DNA of 34,110 bases from a virus. This document shows positions 21,961-30,570 of the stretch, piece by piece (positions within the stretch are counted from its first letter, which is position 1; every line of letters begins with the position of its first letter). The stretch lies in the IMG/VR virus record IMGVR_UViG_3300032117_000096; one strand, 5' to 3'. Under the pieces are notes generated by a model, which ran no database searches, had not been told where the DNA came from, and saw only the letters and a program-made list of their open reading frames with translations. The translations under genes and the position numbers were made by a program.

Positions 21961-23706
21961 TTATTGCGTCGAAACGCTTTGGTTTATCAACTCTATTTCT
22001 GACATGCTTGCGCCAATATATTCACCACTCATTCCAGTTATGCTCATTTCATCGAGATCACTTGGCATAAATCCAATGAGATCACTGAGTGTGCGATTTT
22101 GAGCCATTATAAGCTCTCCTGATGCAGTTACAAACGAACAATGCTCTACTGCATGAAGGGCGTAGATTCCAATGTCCACGGTAATCCAGACTCCTGAAGC
22201 TACGTCCGTTATGTGTAGTGTTTCAGATGCAAGAAACGCTGTGCCGAATGTAGTATTATCGAAAAGTAAGGACGTTTCAGTTGGGGATATTGCTGAAATC
22301 GTATAGACTTTCTCGCTTATCGCAGAACTTTCTGATATGGAAGTTGAAACCGATATTCCTGCAAGGTCGTTGCTGTTTAATGTTTCGGTGGACTGTATTA
22401 TCACTTGACCAAACGACGCATCTGTTTGAGCTGACGTGTCATTGGTCGATATCGAGACAACAGCTCCAAATAAATCAAAAGACCCAGAGGAATCTGTCGT
22501 TTTGATTACGGATAAGACGTTTGTTAACGTATCATTTGATGAACTGGAATCGGTAACTGTTGACAGAACTACGATTCCTGTTGACTCTGATGTTGCTGAC
22601 GAATCAAGAGCCGACACAGAGATTATAACAGACTTTGTGTCTGTTGATGTAGACATCTCTGAAGGGTATGATGATATCACACATGAAATTGCATCTGCAG
22701 CTGATCCTGAGTCGGCTGCGTTCAGGGCAGATGTGAACGTAGCAACATCAGTCGATGAAGACGAATCAAATCTTGCTGTCGTTATTGATATTGATGAGCC
22801 TTCTGAACCAGAAACCCTCTCTGAAGGCGAATAGGTTGCAAAGTTTCCCTGGATAACGGAATCTGTCGCTACTGAAGAATCAATAGCTATCAGCGAAACA
22901 CCGATTACGTAAATATCAGTCGATGATGACGAATCAGTGGATGTTATGGCGGATACCAACCCTACCACATCCGATGAGCTTGACGAGTCAACAGAAACCG
23001 GAGTTACGTTAATGCCTGGTTTGTCGGATGATGATGACGAGTCAACAGAAACCGGAGTTACGTTAATGCCTGGTTTGTCGGATGATGATGACGAATCAGA
23101 AGGAGATGCGCTTGCAACAATTGCTGAAGCATCTGTTGCTGTCGATGAGTCGGCAGGGCTCTCCGTATCGCTTCCTGCACCCGTCGCGGTTATCTGGATT
23201 GTGAACGAATTGTCATTTGATGCCATGCTCCCGAAACTACCCGGTGTTTCGGAAGATGACGGTGACGATTTGTAGAATATTCCTGAAGATCTACTCGGAT
23301 TGTTCGTCGTGTTTCCTGTGGTATACCCCGTCGGATTTGACGGTGATGTTGATGTGGTGTTCGCTATAGCTGCAAGGCAGTAATCAGAGCTACTAAGCCC
23401 TGTTAATGTCGGGCCGTTCTGCCCATCAACAGTATAATTCCCTATTGCAGCGCCACTGAAAGTCGCCATAGATGCGGTAGCGTATCCGCTTATGGTGATA
23501 TTGAACGACGATGTTGAAGACACAGTCCTATAATAGATCGCTCCATTTGCCGCGCTGTCCAATAGTGTCCAACCTGATGGTGTCGTTATACTATTGTTTG
23601 ACACCACCATCACGGCAAGGTGGCCTGATGCCGTTCCAGCAGGATACGACATTGATATTGAAGCACTCGCGTATCCTCCAGAACCGCCAATGAACGCGAT
23701 GCTCAT
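21961..23706 (-). CDS. Ser/Thr/Asp-rich repeat protein, probable tail-associated/surface protein
   Basis: 581 aa. About 175 aa form an N-terminal globular part (…PSGWTLLDSAANGAIYY…). About 300 aa then consist of degenerate ~18-aa units built on hydrophobic strand + DSSxxxD. A non-repeat C-terminal domain completes the protein. Confidence 0.5.
   Translation of the reverse strand: MSIAFIGGSGGYASASISMSYPAGTASGHLAVMVVSNNSITTPSGWTLLDSAANGAIYYRTVSSTSSFNITISGYATASMATFSGAAIGNYTVDGQNGPTLTGLSSSDYCLAAIANTTSTSPSNPTGYTTGNTTNNPSRSSGIFYKSSPSSSETPGSFGSMASNDNSFTIQITATGAGSDTESPADSSTATDASAIVASASPSDSSSSSDKPGINVTPVSVDSSSSSDKPGINVTPVSVDSSSSSDVVGLVSAITSTDSSSSTDIYVIGVSLIAIDSSVATDSVIQGNFATYSPSERVSGSEGSSISITTARFDSSSSTDVATFTSALNAADSGSAADAISCVISSYPSEMSTSTDTKSVIISVSALDSSATSESTGIVVLSTVTDSSSSNDTLTNVLSVIKTTDSSGSFDLFGAVVSISTNDTSAQTDASFGQVIIQSTETLNSNDLAGISVSTSISESSAISEKVYTISAISPTETSLLFDNTTFGTAFLASETLHITDVASGVWITVDIGIYALHAVEHCSFVTASGELIMAQNRTLSDLIGFMPSDLDEMSITGMSGEYIGASMSEIELINQSVSTQ
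22982..23089. repeat. Perfect 54-bp tandem duplication inside the S/T/D-rich gene
   Basis: The unit gacgagtcaacagaaaccggagttacgttaatgcctggtttgtcggatgatgat occurs at 22982-23035 and again at 23036-23089. It encodes VSVDSSSSSDKPGINVTP twice. Confidence 0.95.
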
Positions 23707-23707
23707 A

Positions 23708-24208
23708 TCAACTAAACTGCACGGTGTAGTTTAGCGTCAGCTGGAATCCGTTGCTTGTCGTTACAGGCCCGATAAGTAGGTGACTTAGCATGGTTCCCGC
23801 GCTCGAAGCGTTAAAGATTCCCGCTTCCTGCACAGTGCTTGCTCCCGAAGCAGTCCATGTATAAGCGATCTTCAGTGTGTCGTTCGTGTAAGTCGTTGTG
23901 GTTCTCGAAACAGTGCCACCCGCTCTAGCTAGTGAGTTCGTTGAGATTTCGCCGCCAAGCGCCGTGTCTCCAACAACGGGTGTTGTTGCGCTTGTGCCAA
24001 CAGCGAGGTACGTAAACGCCGTTACGCTTCCCGTGTTACCAACAAGGCCCGCAATGGCGCCCTTGCCAGCACTGGTGATGATATTGTTGTAGGTTTCCTC
24101 ATGCACGACATTGCCTTCAGCATCTTGCAAGATGACCGTGCAAGTACCGTCAATTTTAACAATATTATCTTGTTGCTTTTCCTGTCCGAGAATTTCAGTT
24201 TCCGGCAT
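23708..24208 (-). CDS. Virion structural protein of unknown role (beta-rich)
   Basis: 166 aa with SD AGGAGcaaatt. The pattern NNIITSAGKGAIAGLVGN...YLAVGTSATTP...DTALGGE...VQEAGIFN recalls a conserved phage structural family that I cannot name. Confidence 0.45.
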   Translation of the reverse strand: MPETEILGQEKQQDNIVKIDGTCTVILQDAEGNVVHEETYNNIITSAGKGAIAGLVGNTGSVTAFTYLAVGTSATTPVVGDTALGGEISTNSLARAGGTVSRTTTTYTNDTLKIAYTWTASGASTVQEAGIFNASSAGTMLSHLLIGPVTTSNGFQLTLNYTVQFS

Positions 24209-24242
24209 AATTTGCTCCTATTGAGTGTTACTGTTAATTTGG

Positions 24243-24656
24243 TTATACACTTCTGAATATCACTCCGTTAACACGGAATCGCGCGTATCCTGTTGCCGTT
24301 CCGCTTGTCCATGCAGTGGCAACTACCTGAAAAAATTTCATGCTTAAAGGAAGATTCCATGCGCCATTTCCCGTGCAACTGGTTACTCCTGTTGCAGAAC
24401 CAACCGGCTGAGCGATAAGGTTAGACCAGTTTGTCGCGTCAAATGAACCCTGAAAGGTCAATGTTCCTACCCAAGTTCCTTGAATTTGGAAGCAAACATC
24501 GCCAAATTCCGAAACCTCAACAGGCGGAATGAGTAACCCGCCGTTTGCCGTAACCGAGTTTAAAACAAAATCCCTCACCAGTGCGCGGTGGGGTTCTCCA
24601 AGATTATTTATCTCCTGAATGACCTGTGTTGGTATTATTGCCTGAGATGCGGCCAT
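24243..24656 (-). CDS. Virion-associated protein of unknown role (beta-sandwich-like)
   Basis: 137-aa ORF, the first minus-strand gene after the opposite-strand insert. Confidence 0.45.
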   Translation of the reverse strand: MAASQAIIPTQVIQEINNLGEPHRALVRDFVLNSVTANGGLLIPPVEVSEFGDVCFQIQGTWVGTLTFQGSFDATNWSNLIAQPVGSATGVTSCTGNGAWNLPLSMKFFQVVATAWTSGTATGYARFRVNGVIFRSV

Positions 24657-24682
24657 GATGATGGGATGATGGAGTTAAAAAA

Positions 24683-24793
24683 ATGCTCCAAAGAAAATCC
24701 GAACATCTGAGAACTATTCCAGTGAGTAAAATATTTTGTAGATTTGTAGTGAAGGTATCTTCAACAAAGATTATTGAATCATGTGGGAAATAG
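24683..24793 (+). CDS. Possible leader micro-ORF (36 aa) upstream of the plus-strand membrane gene
   Basis: GGAGttaaaaaaATG. The sequence is MLQRKSEHLRTIPVSKIFCRFVVKVSSTKIIESCGK. Its TAG (24791-24793) lies 13 nt inside the next ORF. Confidence 0.3.
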   Translation: MLQRKSEHLRTIPVSKIFCRFVVKVSSTKIIESCGK

Positions 24794-24987
24794 CAGGAGG
24801 AATTCTTTTGGCGATGCTTGCCATTACTTTAGCGCCGATTGTTGTTGTGCTCTTCCTTATCGGCCTTTTGGTGTTGTTTGTTGTGGCTCTGTTCTATAAC
24901 CAAAATATGGTTATAATGTTTGGGTTATACCTATTAGTAGCCTTCCCTTTATTTCTTCTTAGAGAGCGATTATACAAAAAGAGATGA
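24781..24987 (+). CDS. Small two-TM membrane protein encoded opposite to the late operon (moron candidate)
   Basis: 68 aa, very hydrophobic (ILLAMLAITLAPIVVVLFLIGLLVLFVVALF ... FGLYLLVAFPLFLL), with a basic tail. It occupies a 331-bp gap that has no minus-strand ORF. Its stop abuts the stop of the convergent SLT gene. Confidence 0.5.
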   Translation: MWEIAGGILLAMLAITLAPIVVVLFLIGLLVLFVVALFYNQNMVIMFGLYLLVAFPLFLLRERLYKKR

Positions 24988-27324
24988 TCACTTATTGTAT
25001 TGCTCACCCACTGATGCCCCGAACGGTGTTAAGATAGTAGGCAAAAATCTTGGATATTTCGCAGGCAACTGGTTCAGTAAAGGCAGTCCATGGGTAAGAT
25101 ACGCTGCTGATATGGGATTGTCTGTCGCGCCAAGAATGAGGTTTGCAATCCCTGCTGAAGGAATTGCTGAGAGCGGATTCTGAGCAAGACTTTCGACAAA
25201 CGTTCTTGTTGCCGTTCCTGAATCGTTAAGAAGCCGCCAGTTTTTGTTCGCCTCCGCCAACCGTGCTATATCGACCAATGGGCCAGATATAGCACCTGTC
25301 TTATATGCATCACCATAGTAACTCTGCAATGCGTTCGCTACCGATAGAGGGTTTACATTACCATTGGTTACTGACTTTCCTTTTGTAAGGGTTTTCAGTG
25401 ACGAATACATTCTATCGGCCTTATCGAGTACGTCCTGAGAATTTTGAGGCAACGACTGGATAGCATTCTCTTGGAGGATCTTTTGTACATCCTTGAGAGC
25501 TGAACCAAGGGTAGTGTTTGGAGATGATGAATAGAGAGCATCGTCTGCAGCGTTTTTAAGCATTGTCCTACCGCCCTGATAGATATTCCCTGGTACGTCT
25601 CCTGCTCCGGTAAAGCTTGTGTATTTGTCGATTGCGTTATTCACACCTTGCCCAAGATCTCCAAAAGGAGCGTACTTTGACTTAATATCTGCGATCTGTT
25701 GCTGGAATTCAGGCCCAAACTGAATGTTTGTATCAGGAGAATAAACCTTGTTATAGAGCGATCCTATGTTATTCTTGGCTACACCGAGAACATCTGGCGT
25801 TATAGCATCTGCATCTTGGCCTATTGATTTTGCTGCAAGCGTGTTTAACGTTGACTGATTTCCCGTTACACGCGACTTCTTCCACCACGTCGCGCCAGGA
25901 ATATTCGACAACTGATCTTCTATGCTCATGAGACCTGGCTGTCCAGTCCTTTGTCCTGGAGTCAGGTTTATACCTATCTTATCAGCTAACGCAACACCAG
26001 CTTTTTCAGATGGCGAAAGATTTCCCATTGGTCGGAATATCGAGTTTGCAAGCTTTCCAACACCATATCCTGCTATTCCACCAAGCAATCCTCCACCAAT
26101 ATTGCCAGCGGACTGGCTTGCATAATCGCTGTTCTGCGTATCAACCGGCTGGAAAGAACCAAGAGCCCCTCCTATCGCAGCGGATCCGAAAAGCGTATTT
26201 GCGCCAGGAATAGACATTAAAGGAAGTCCTGCCGTTGCGTTCCCTAAAATCCTTCCCCAGTCTATATCAGACCCATTTTGAGTTTGATACGCTTTGTTGT
26301 AATCCCTAAGGCTATTTGATATATCCGCATCATTTTGGCCCATATTTTTGGTCAGCTTATCAATGATATCAGGCATAATAGGAGAAATTCCAGACATCAA
26401 AGGAGCTAACGAAGGAGCGGTCATTGCTCCAATATTTGGCAATACCGTGCTTAACGGAGTATCGGTAAGCGGAATATTATGTGTATTAATCCAGTCCATC
26501 AAGTGCATGGCTCGCTGGGCTGCTCCCTGACCAACATCTGTTAAACCCCTAACGAAACTATCACCAAAATTTAATTGATTATCAGGGGAAGATTGCTGTT
26601 GGTTATCATTTCCCTGTTCCGGTACAGGGCTCCACTGGTAATATTTTGAGTTCCACTGATGAGCGTTTCCATTAGCATCTTTATACCATTCGCCCTCCTT
26701 GATATCATGGGAACCGTCCCAATAGGAAATATTGCCTTGTTGCGCTTGCTGATTCTGAGGAGTTGTTGTTTCAGGATCCAAACCGAAAATATCAGCTCCT
26801 GTCGAACCAGAAGTATCTTGTTGCTGATTTTGCTCGCTCTGATTATTTTGAGATACCCCTCCAGGAGATAATCCAAAGATATCCGCACCATCAGAAGGGG
26901 TTTTTGCCTGGCTTGGAGAAAAAGCGGATGCCTGAGTTTGTTCAGGTTGCGGCCCATTTGAATTTGGAGAACCAAGAACTTTTGTGACATAATTTCTTGT
27001 TTCTGCAATATTTGGGATACCTCCAGAACGCCTTACATTTCCAGGTCCCGCATTATACGCTGCAACGGCAAGGTCAGGACTGCCGAAGTTATCAAGCTGC
27101 TGCTTAAGGTAACTTATGCCACCCCTTATATTCTGTGCCAAATCGCTTGGATCAACGCCAAGATCTTGAGCCGTTCCAGGCATTAATTGCATCACACCAA
27201 TAGCCCCAGCATCACTTACCTTTCCTTGATCGAATCCAGACTCTGCGTTCGCAACACGAAGAGCAAGGTCAGGATCTACGCCCTGGTTAATCGCCTCTTG
27301 TGATATTAAGCCTGTAATATCCAT
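24988..27324 (-). CDS. Internal virion / ejection protein with N-terminal lytic transglycosylase (SLT) domain
   Basis: ANAESGFDQGKVSDAGAIGVMQLMPGTAQDLGV...AAYNAGPGNV is the SLT catalytic region, followed by about 600 aa. The ATG at 27324 is TAATG-coupled to the upstream gene. An alternative ATG lies at 27360. Confidence 0.85.
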   Translation of the reverse strand: MDITGLISQEAINQGVDPDLALRVANAESGFDQGKVSDAGAIGVMQLMPGTAQDLGVDPSDLAQNIRGGISYLKQQLDNFGSPDLAVAAYNAGPGNVRRSGGIPNIAETRNYVTKVLGSPNSNGPQPEQTQASAFSPSQAKTPSDGADIFGLSPGGVSQNNQSEQNQQQDTSGSTGADIFGLDPETTTPQNQQAQQGNISYWDGSHDIKEGEWYKDANGNAHQWNSKYYQWSPVPEQGNDNQQQSSPDNQLNFGDSFVRGLTDVGQGAAQRAMHLMDWINTHNIPLTDTPLSTVLPNIGAMTAPSLAPLMSGISPIMPDIIDKLTKNMGQNDADISNSLRDYNKAYQTQNGSDIDWGRILGNATAGLPLMSIPGANTLFGSAAIGGALGSFQPVDTQNSDYASQSAGNIGGGLLGGIAGYGVGKLANSIFRPMGNLSPSEKAGVALADKIGINLTPGQRTGQPGLMSIEDQLSNIPGATWWKKSRVTGNQSTLNTLAAKSIGQDADAITPDVLGVAKNNIGSLYNKVYSPDTNIQFGPEFQQQIADIKSKYAPFGDLGQGVNNAIDKYTSFTGAGDVPGNIYQGGRTMLKNAADDALYSSSPNTTLGSALKDVQKILQENAIQSLPQNSQDVLDKADRMYSSLKTLTKGKSVTNGNVNPLSVANALQSYYGDAYKTGAISGPLVDIARLAEANKNWRLLNDSGTATRTFVESLAQNPLSAIPSAGIANLILGATDNPISAAYLTHGLPLLNQLPAKYPRFLPTILTPFGASVGEQYNK

Positions 27325-28796
27325 TACTGGTTCTGAAATATTGGGTTTTTCTGAGTCCATATATTCATGTAATCCTGAAACCCTTTTCCTGAGCTGTCAG
27401 GAGTATCTATTCTTCCAAACCTTTGCTGCCACTGTCGAGCCATATTTGCAGTTTGTATTTGCCTGTTAAGAAGAGCTATGGCGTTTTGTGCTATAAGATT
27501 TCTTCCGCCAGGCGTGTTGGCTAATGACGGAGTTACCTGATTAAATAATGAGACTTCATTGTCCGTCATCCTGGTGATTCCGGCATTTTTTATCAAATCC
27601 GGCACCATGCTTGTTGCCAGCGCTTTTGCTGCGTCTTTATTTGCAATATTCCCAGGGCCTATATTGAATCCAAGCGATTTTGCTGCACTTTGAATATCAT
27701 ATTGGTCTGGAGCAAGCTTTCCTCCGTTTTGATCTGCGAGAAGCTGCTGGATCTGCTGGTATTTAGCAATATTTGTTCTAGCAGAAATGGCATTATCCTG
27801 TATAGCGTTATACTCATTTGACGCTGATTTCGCGGTATTTGTTTGGTATTCGGTATTTCCAGCGACAGATGAGGGATTGAGCCCTACAATTGCTCCATTT
27901 CCTGAGTAGCTTCCTGTATCAGATGGTGAATAGTAACCTGTTCCGGTATAACTGCCAGTTTGTGGAGAATATGCTTGCCCGTTATTATCGGTCGGAACAT
28001 TTCTGACGACCATTCCCGTTTTTGGATCCACTGAATTGAAAGCTTCAAGGTTTTTCCCAAGAGCAGCCGTTGCTGCTTTTCCTGTGTTATACCCTGGTAT
28101 CCATGAATATGACCTCGTTGCTGGATCGTATTGCATTCCCTCAGGAACTTTTGGGGTTGCTGATATGGATCCATCTGCATTCTGAATCATGCTTCCCTCT
28201 CTTACAGCATTCCCAAAATTAGCCACCTTCCATGCGTCCAATGCGTCTTTAGGCAAAAAACCATATGATATTGCTCCCACGAGCTTGTCGAGAGGCATAC
28301 TTGCTAATCCTCCTGAATTGCCCTGCGATGACGGTTGATCTGGTTGCGCTTGTTGAGGCTGTATTTTTTGTAATAGCTGCATTCCATAATCAGGATTTAT
28401 GGACATAGGATTTAGGGCGGAAGACTGAAAGGGTGCAGGTTCTTGTGAATTCTCTTCATTATTCGCAGAATATCCTGTCGGTTGCTGCGCGCTTGACTGT
28501 TGACCGTAATTCATTAAATCATATCCTGTCGGTTGCTGCGCGCTTGACTGTTGGCCGCTATTCATTAAATCATTAAGGAACGCCATTTTTTGGCGCGCCA
28601 TATTCATCTGTATGGCTTGCTGCTGATTCTGAATACCCTGCTGATACCCCTGCTGACCTCCTGCCAAACCTTGTGCAATCACTTGCCCTATTCCTACAGG
28701 CATGCGGGATGGCGCGGATGCAGCAAGGAGACCTTGAGCTATTCCGAGTAAGCCTTGCGTCTGAGGATCAGCATAATTTATGTCAAGTAGTCCCAT
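27324..28796 (-). CDS. Q/N/G-rich internal virion (ejection) protein
   Basis: 490 aa of low complexity, positioned between two other ejection-type proteins in T7 gp14-16-like order. Confidence 0.55.
   Translation of the reverse strand: MGLLDINYADPQTQGLLGIAQGLLAASAPSRMPVGIGQVIAQGLAGGQQGYQQGIQNQQQAIQMNMARQKMAFLNDLMNSGQQSSAQQPTGYDLMNYGQQSSAQQPTGYSANNEENSQEPAPFQSSALNPMSINPDYGMQLLQKIQPQQAQPDQPSSQGNSGGLASMPLDKLVGAISYGFLPKDALDAWKVANFGNAVREGSMIQNADGSISATPKVPEGMQYDPATRSYSWIPGYNTGKAATAALGKNLEAFNSVDPKTGMVVRNVPTDNNGQAYSPQTGSYTGTGYYSPSDTGSYSGNGAIVGLNPSSVAGNTEYQTNTAKSASNEYNAIQDNAISARTNIAKYQQIQQLLADQNGGKLAPDQYDIQSAAKSLGFNIGPGNIANKDAAKALATSMVPDLIKNAGITRMTDNEVSLFNQVTPSLANTPGGRNLIAQNAIALLNRQIQTANMARQWQQRFGRIDTPDSSGKGFQDYMNIWTQKNPIFQNQ
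28472..28573. repeat. 51-bp tandem duplication (2 copies) inside the 490-aa gene
   Basis: atcctgtcggttgctgcgcgcttgactgttg[a/g]ccg... starts at 28472 and again at 28523. It encodes ...GQQSSAQQPTGY... twice. Confidence 0.9.
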
Positions 28797-28808
28797 GATG
28801 TCAGATTT

Positions 28809-29693
28809 TTAAATACCGAGTAAATTACCGATACCACCAAGAAGAGAAGTTCCTCCAACCCCACCGAGCGGTGTTGAAGCAGCAAGAGTTCCTCCTAATA
28901 TCCCTGCTAATGGATTTGTATAATATGGAGTTTGGGCTGTAGTTGTTGTGTTATATGGTTGACCTTTCATTGTACTCGCGAGCCCTGAAGCCGCTTGTTG
29001 TGGGTAAAGAAGGCCATAGAGATAATTCTGATAAGCAGTAGACAGCGCGTTCTGCTGTGTTGCTTGTGCAGTATTTCCCATTCCAAACAAGCTGTTTTGT
29101 GCTTGTTGTTGGGCGTTTATTCCAAGTCCTGCCTGTTGTGTTCCGAGTGTCTGTTGGGCGAGTGTGTTCTGAATGTCCTGATTCGCCATTGACTGAGCGT
29201 TGGTAAAATTAGCCTGGTTAAGTCCCGCGTCCGTATTCGCCATAACTTGGGCGTATCCACGATTCGTCTCTGCGTTCTGTACACCTAATCTATCACCACC
29301 AAAAGCACCAGCAGCAATGGCGTTATCTCCATTCCCTTGATTGGCAATAGTGTTCTGTCTCTGCAGCTCCGAATTTGTCGTATCAATGACGTTCTGCGTA
29401 TATGGGTTCATATACTGCGACAGGTTTGAGCCCGCTACCGTTCCAGCATTCTGACCCATTAGGCCTGATAATAGGCCATACCCATTAACGTTCTGCGCAT
29501 TATTGGCGTTCGTCGTAGCATTCGATATGCCGAGATTCTGAGCGGAGCTTAACGGAGCAGCAAGGGGTGCTGTGTAACTGTATGGCGTACTCGCTGCATT
29601 ACTCGCCATGCCATAAATATTGTTCCACTGAGCCTGCACAGCAGGATCTATGGTTGTTTGCTGGGTTTGTGTCGTACTTCCGCCTTTGCTCAT
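28809..29693 (-). CDS. Q/N/G/A-rich internal virion (ejection) protein
   Basis: 294 aa of low complexity, ending in the Gly-rich hydrophobic tail LLGGIGNLLGI. ATGA overlap with the upstream gene. Confidence 0.5.
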   Translation of the reverse strand: MSKGGSTTQTQQTTIDPAVQAQWNNIYGMASNAASTPYSYTAPLAAPLSSAQNLGISNATTNANNAQNVNGYGLLSGLMGQNAGTVAGSNLSQYMNPYTQNVIDTTNSELQRQNTIANQGNGDNAIAAGAFGGDRLGVQNAETNRGYAQVMANTDAGLNQANFTNAQSMANQDIQNTLAQQTLGTQQAGLGINAQQQAQNSLFGMGNTAQATQQNALSTAYQNYLYGLLYPQQAASGLASTMKGQPYNTTTTAQTPYYTNPLAGILGGTLAASTPLGGVGGTSLLGGIGNLLGI

Positions 29694-30064
29694 AATTCTT
29701 TTCCTATTAAGTTTTCGTCCTTAAACCCCTTGTCTCTGAAAACTCGCTTCCACCCAGACCGTCCTGAGATGAAAATTTTTACACATCCTGCAGAACGCGC
29801 TGCGAGTTCAATATTTTCATACATTACCAAGAGTTCTGATATATCCCCGCCAGCAAAATTTATTGTCACGCACCTGCCTAAATCGCCTATCCATTCTTCA
29901 GTGACTACTGCGGATTTTTCACCACACCATAAACACCATTTCAGATTAAGCACCTTTTCTTCGACTTGCTCAATGGAATAGACGCCATACTGTGTAGCCT
30001 TCTCTATGATTCCTTTTGCGAAATCCCACGAACCCTTAAGCTTTTCCGGATAATATGCGCTCAT
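29690..30064 (-). CDS. Hypothetical protein (124 aa)
   Basis: The ATG at 30064 is ATGA-coupled to the chaperone gene. The C-terminal ...CVKIFISGRSGWKRVFRDKGF pattern recurs in phage proteins, but I cannot assign a family. Confidence 0.45.
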   Translation of the reverse strand: MSAYYPEKLKGSWDFAKGIIEKATQYGVYSIEQVEEKVLNLKWCLWCGEKSAVVTEEWIGDLGRCVTINFAGGDISELLVMYENIELAARSAGCVKIFISGRSGWKRVFRDKGFKDENLIGKEL

Positions 30065-30570
30065 TCTGGCTTCTCCGGCCATACAATTTCAAGTGGAAAT
30101 CCGGATTGAGCTGGCAAATCTCTTAATGCTTGCCTATAGGGAACCCACTTTTTTTTAGTTTCTGGCACTTGATCATTTGTCTGTGTCCACTCGCAATCGG
30201 ATAGTAGTTTATCTCTTGTTGATCTTGCTTGAGTTGCGAGGTATCTAACTATTTCATCGTCAGACAGCTTTTTGACAGCAGACATGATTTTTATATCCCA
30301 CTCATAGCCGTACGGTACAGAGGATTTTGCAATGAGTTGATCTGCCGTGTAATCAGTGACAATACCGTCTTTTATGTATTGTTTCTCATCATTGGCAATC
30401 CCTTCAATAACGCTTTCTCCGGAACGAGCTTGCTGTGAGTGCTGCCCTTCATTTATCAGCTTTTCGTATGGCATCTTATTTTCATCATACGCGGTTATCG
30501 TTACGGGCCCAGGGCATTGCCCTGTCCTTAAGATTTCTCCCGTCGCCGTCTTGTAGACGATATAATTCAT
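30061..30570 (-). CDS. Tail fibre assembly protein / chaperone
   Basis: The C-terminal motif RDKLLSDCEWTQTNDQVPETKKKWVPYRQALRDLPAQSGFPLEIVWPEKP is typical of Caudo_TAP-type chaperones. It lies directly after the fibre gene. Confidence 0.7.
   Translation of the reverse strand: MNYIVYKTATGEILRTGQCPGPVTITAYDENKMPYEKLINEGQHSQQARSGESVIEGIANDEKQYIKDGIVTDYTADQLIAKSSVPYGYEWDIKIMSAVKKLSDDEIVRYLATQARSTRDKLLSDCEWTQTNDQVPETKKKWVPYRQALRDLPAQSGFPLEIVWPEKPE

Noticed and set aside
22436-23275. Acidic plus-strand ORFs (22436-22834 and 22937-23275) antisense to the S/T/D-rich gene
   Set aside because: They are the mirror image of Ser/Asp codon repeats. They are interrupted and much shorter than the uninterrupted 581-codon minus-strand ORF, and they oppose the operon.
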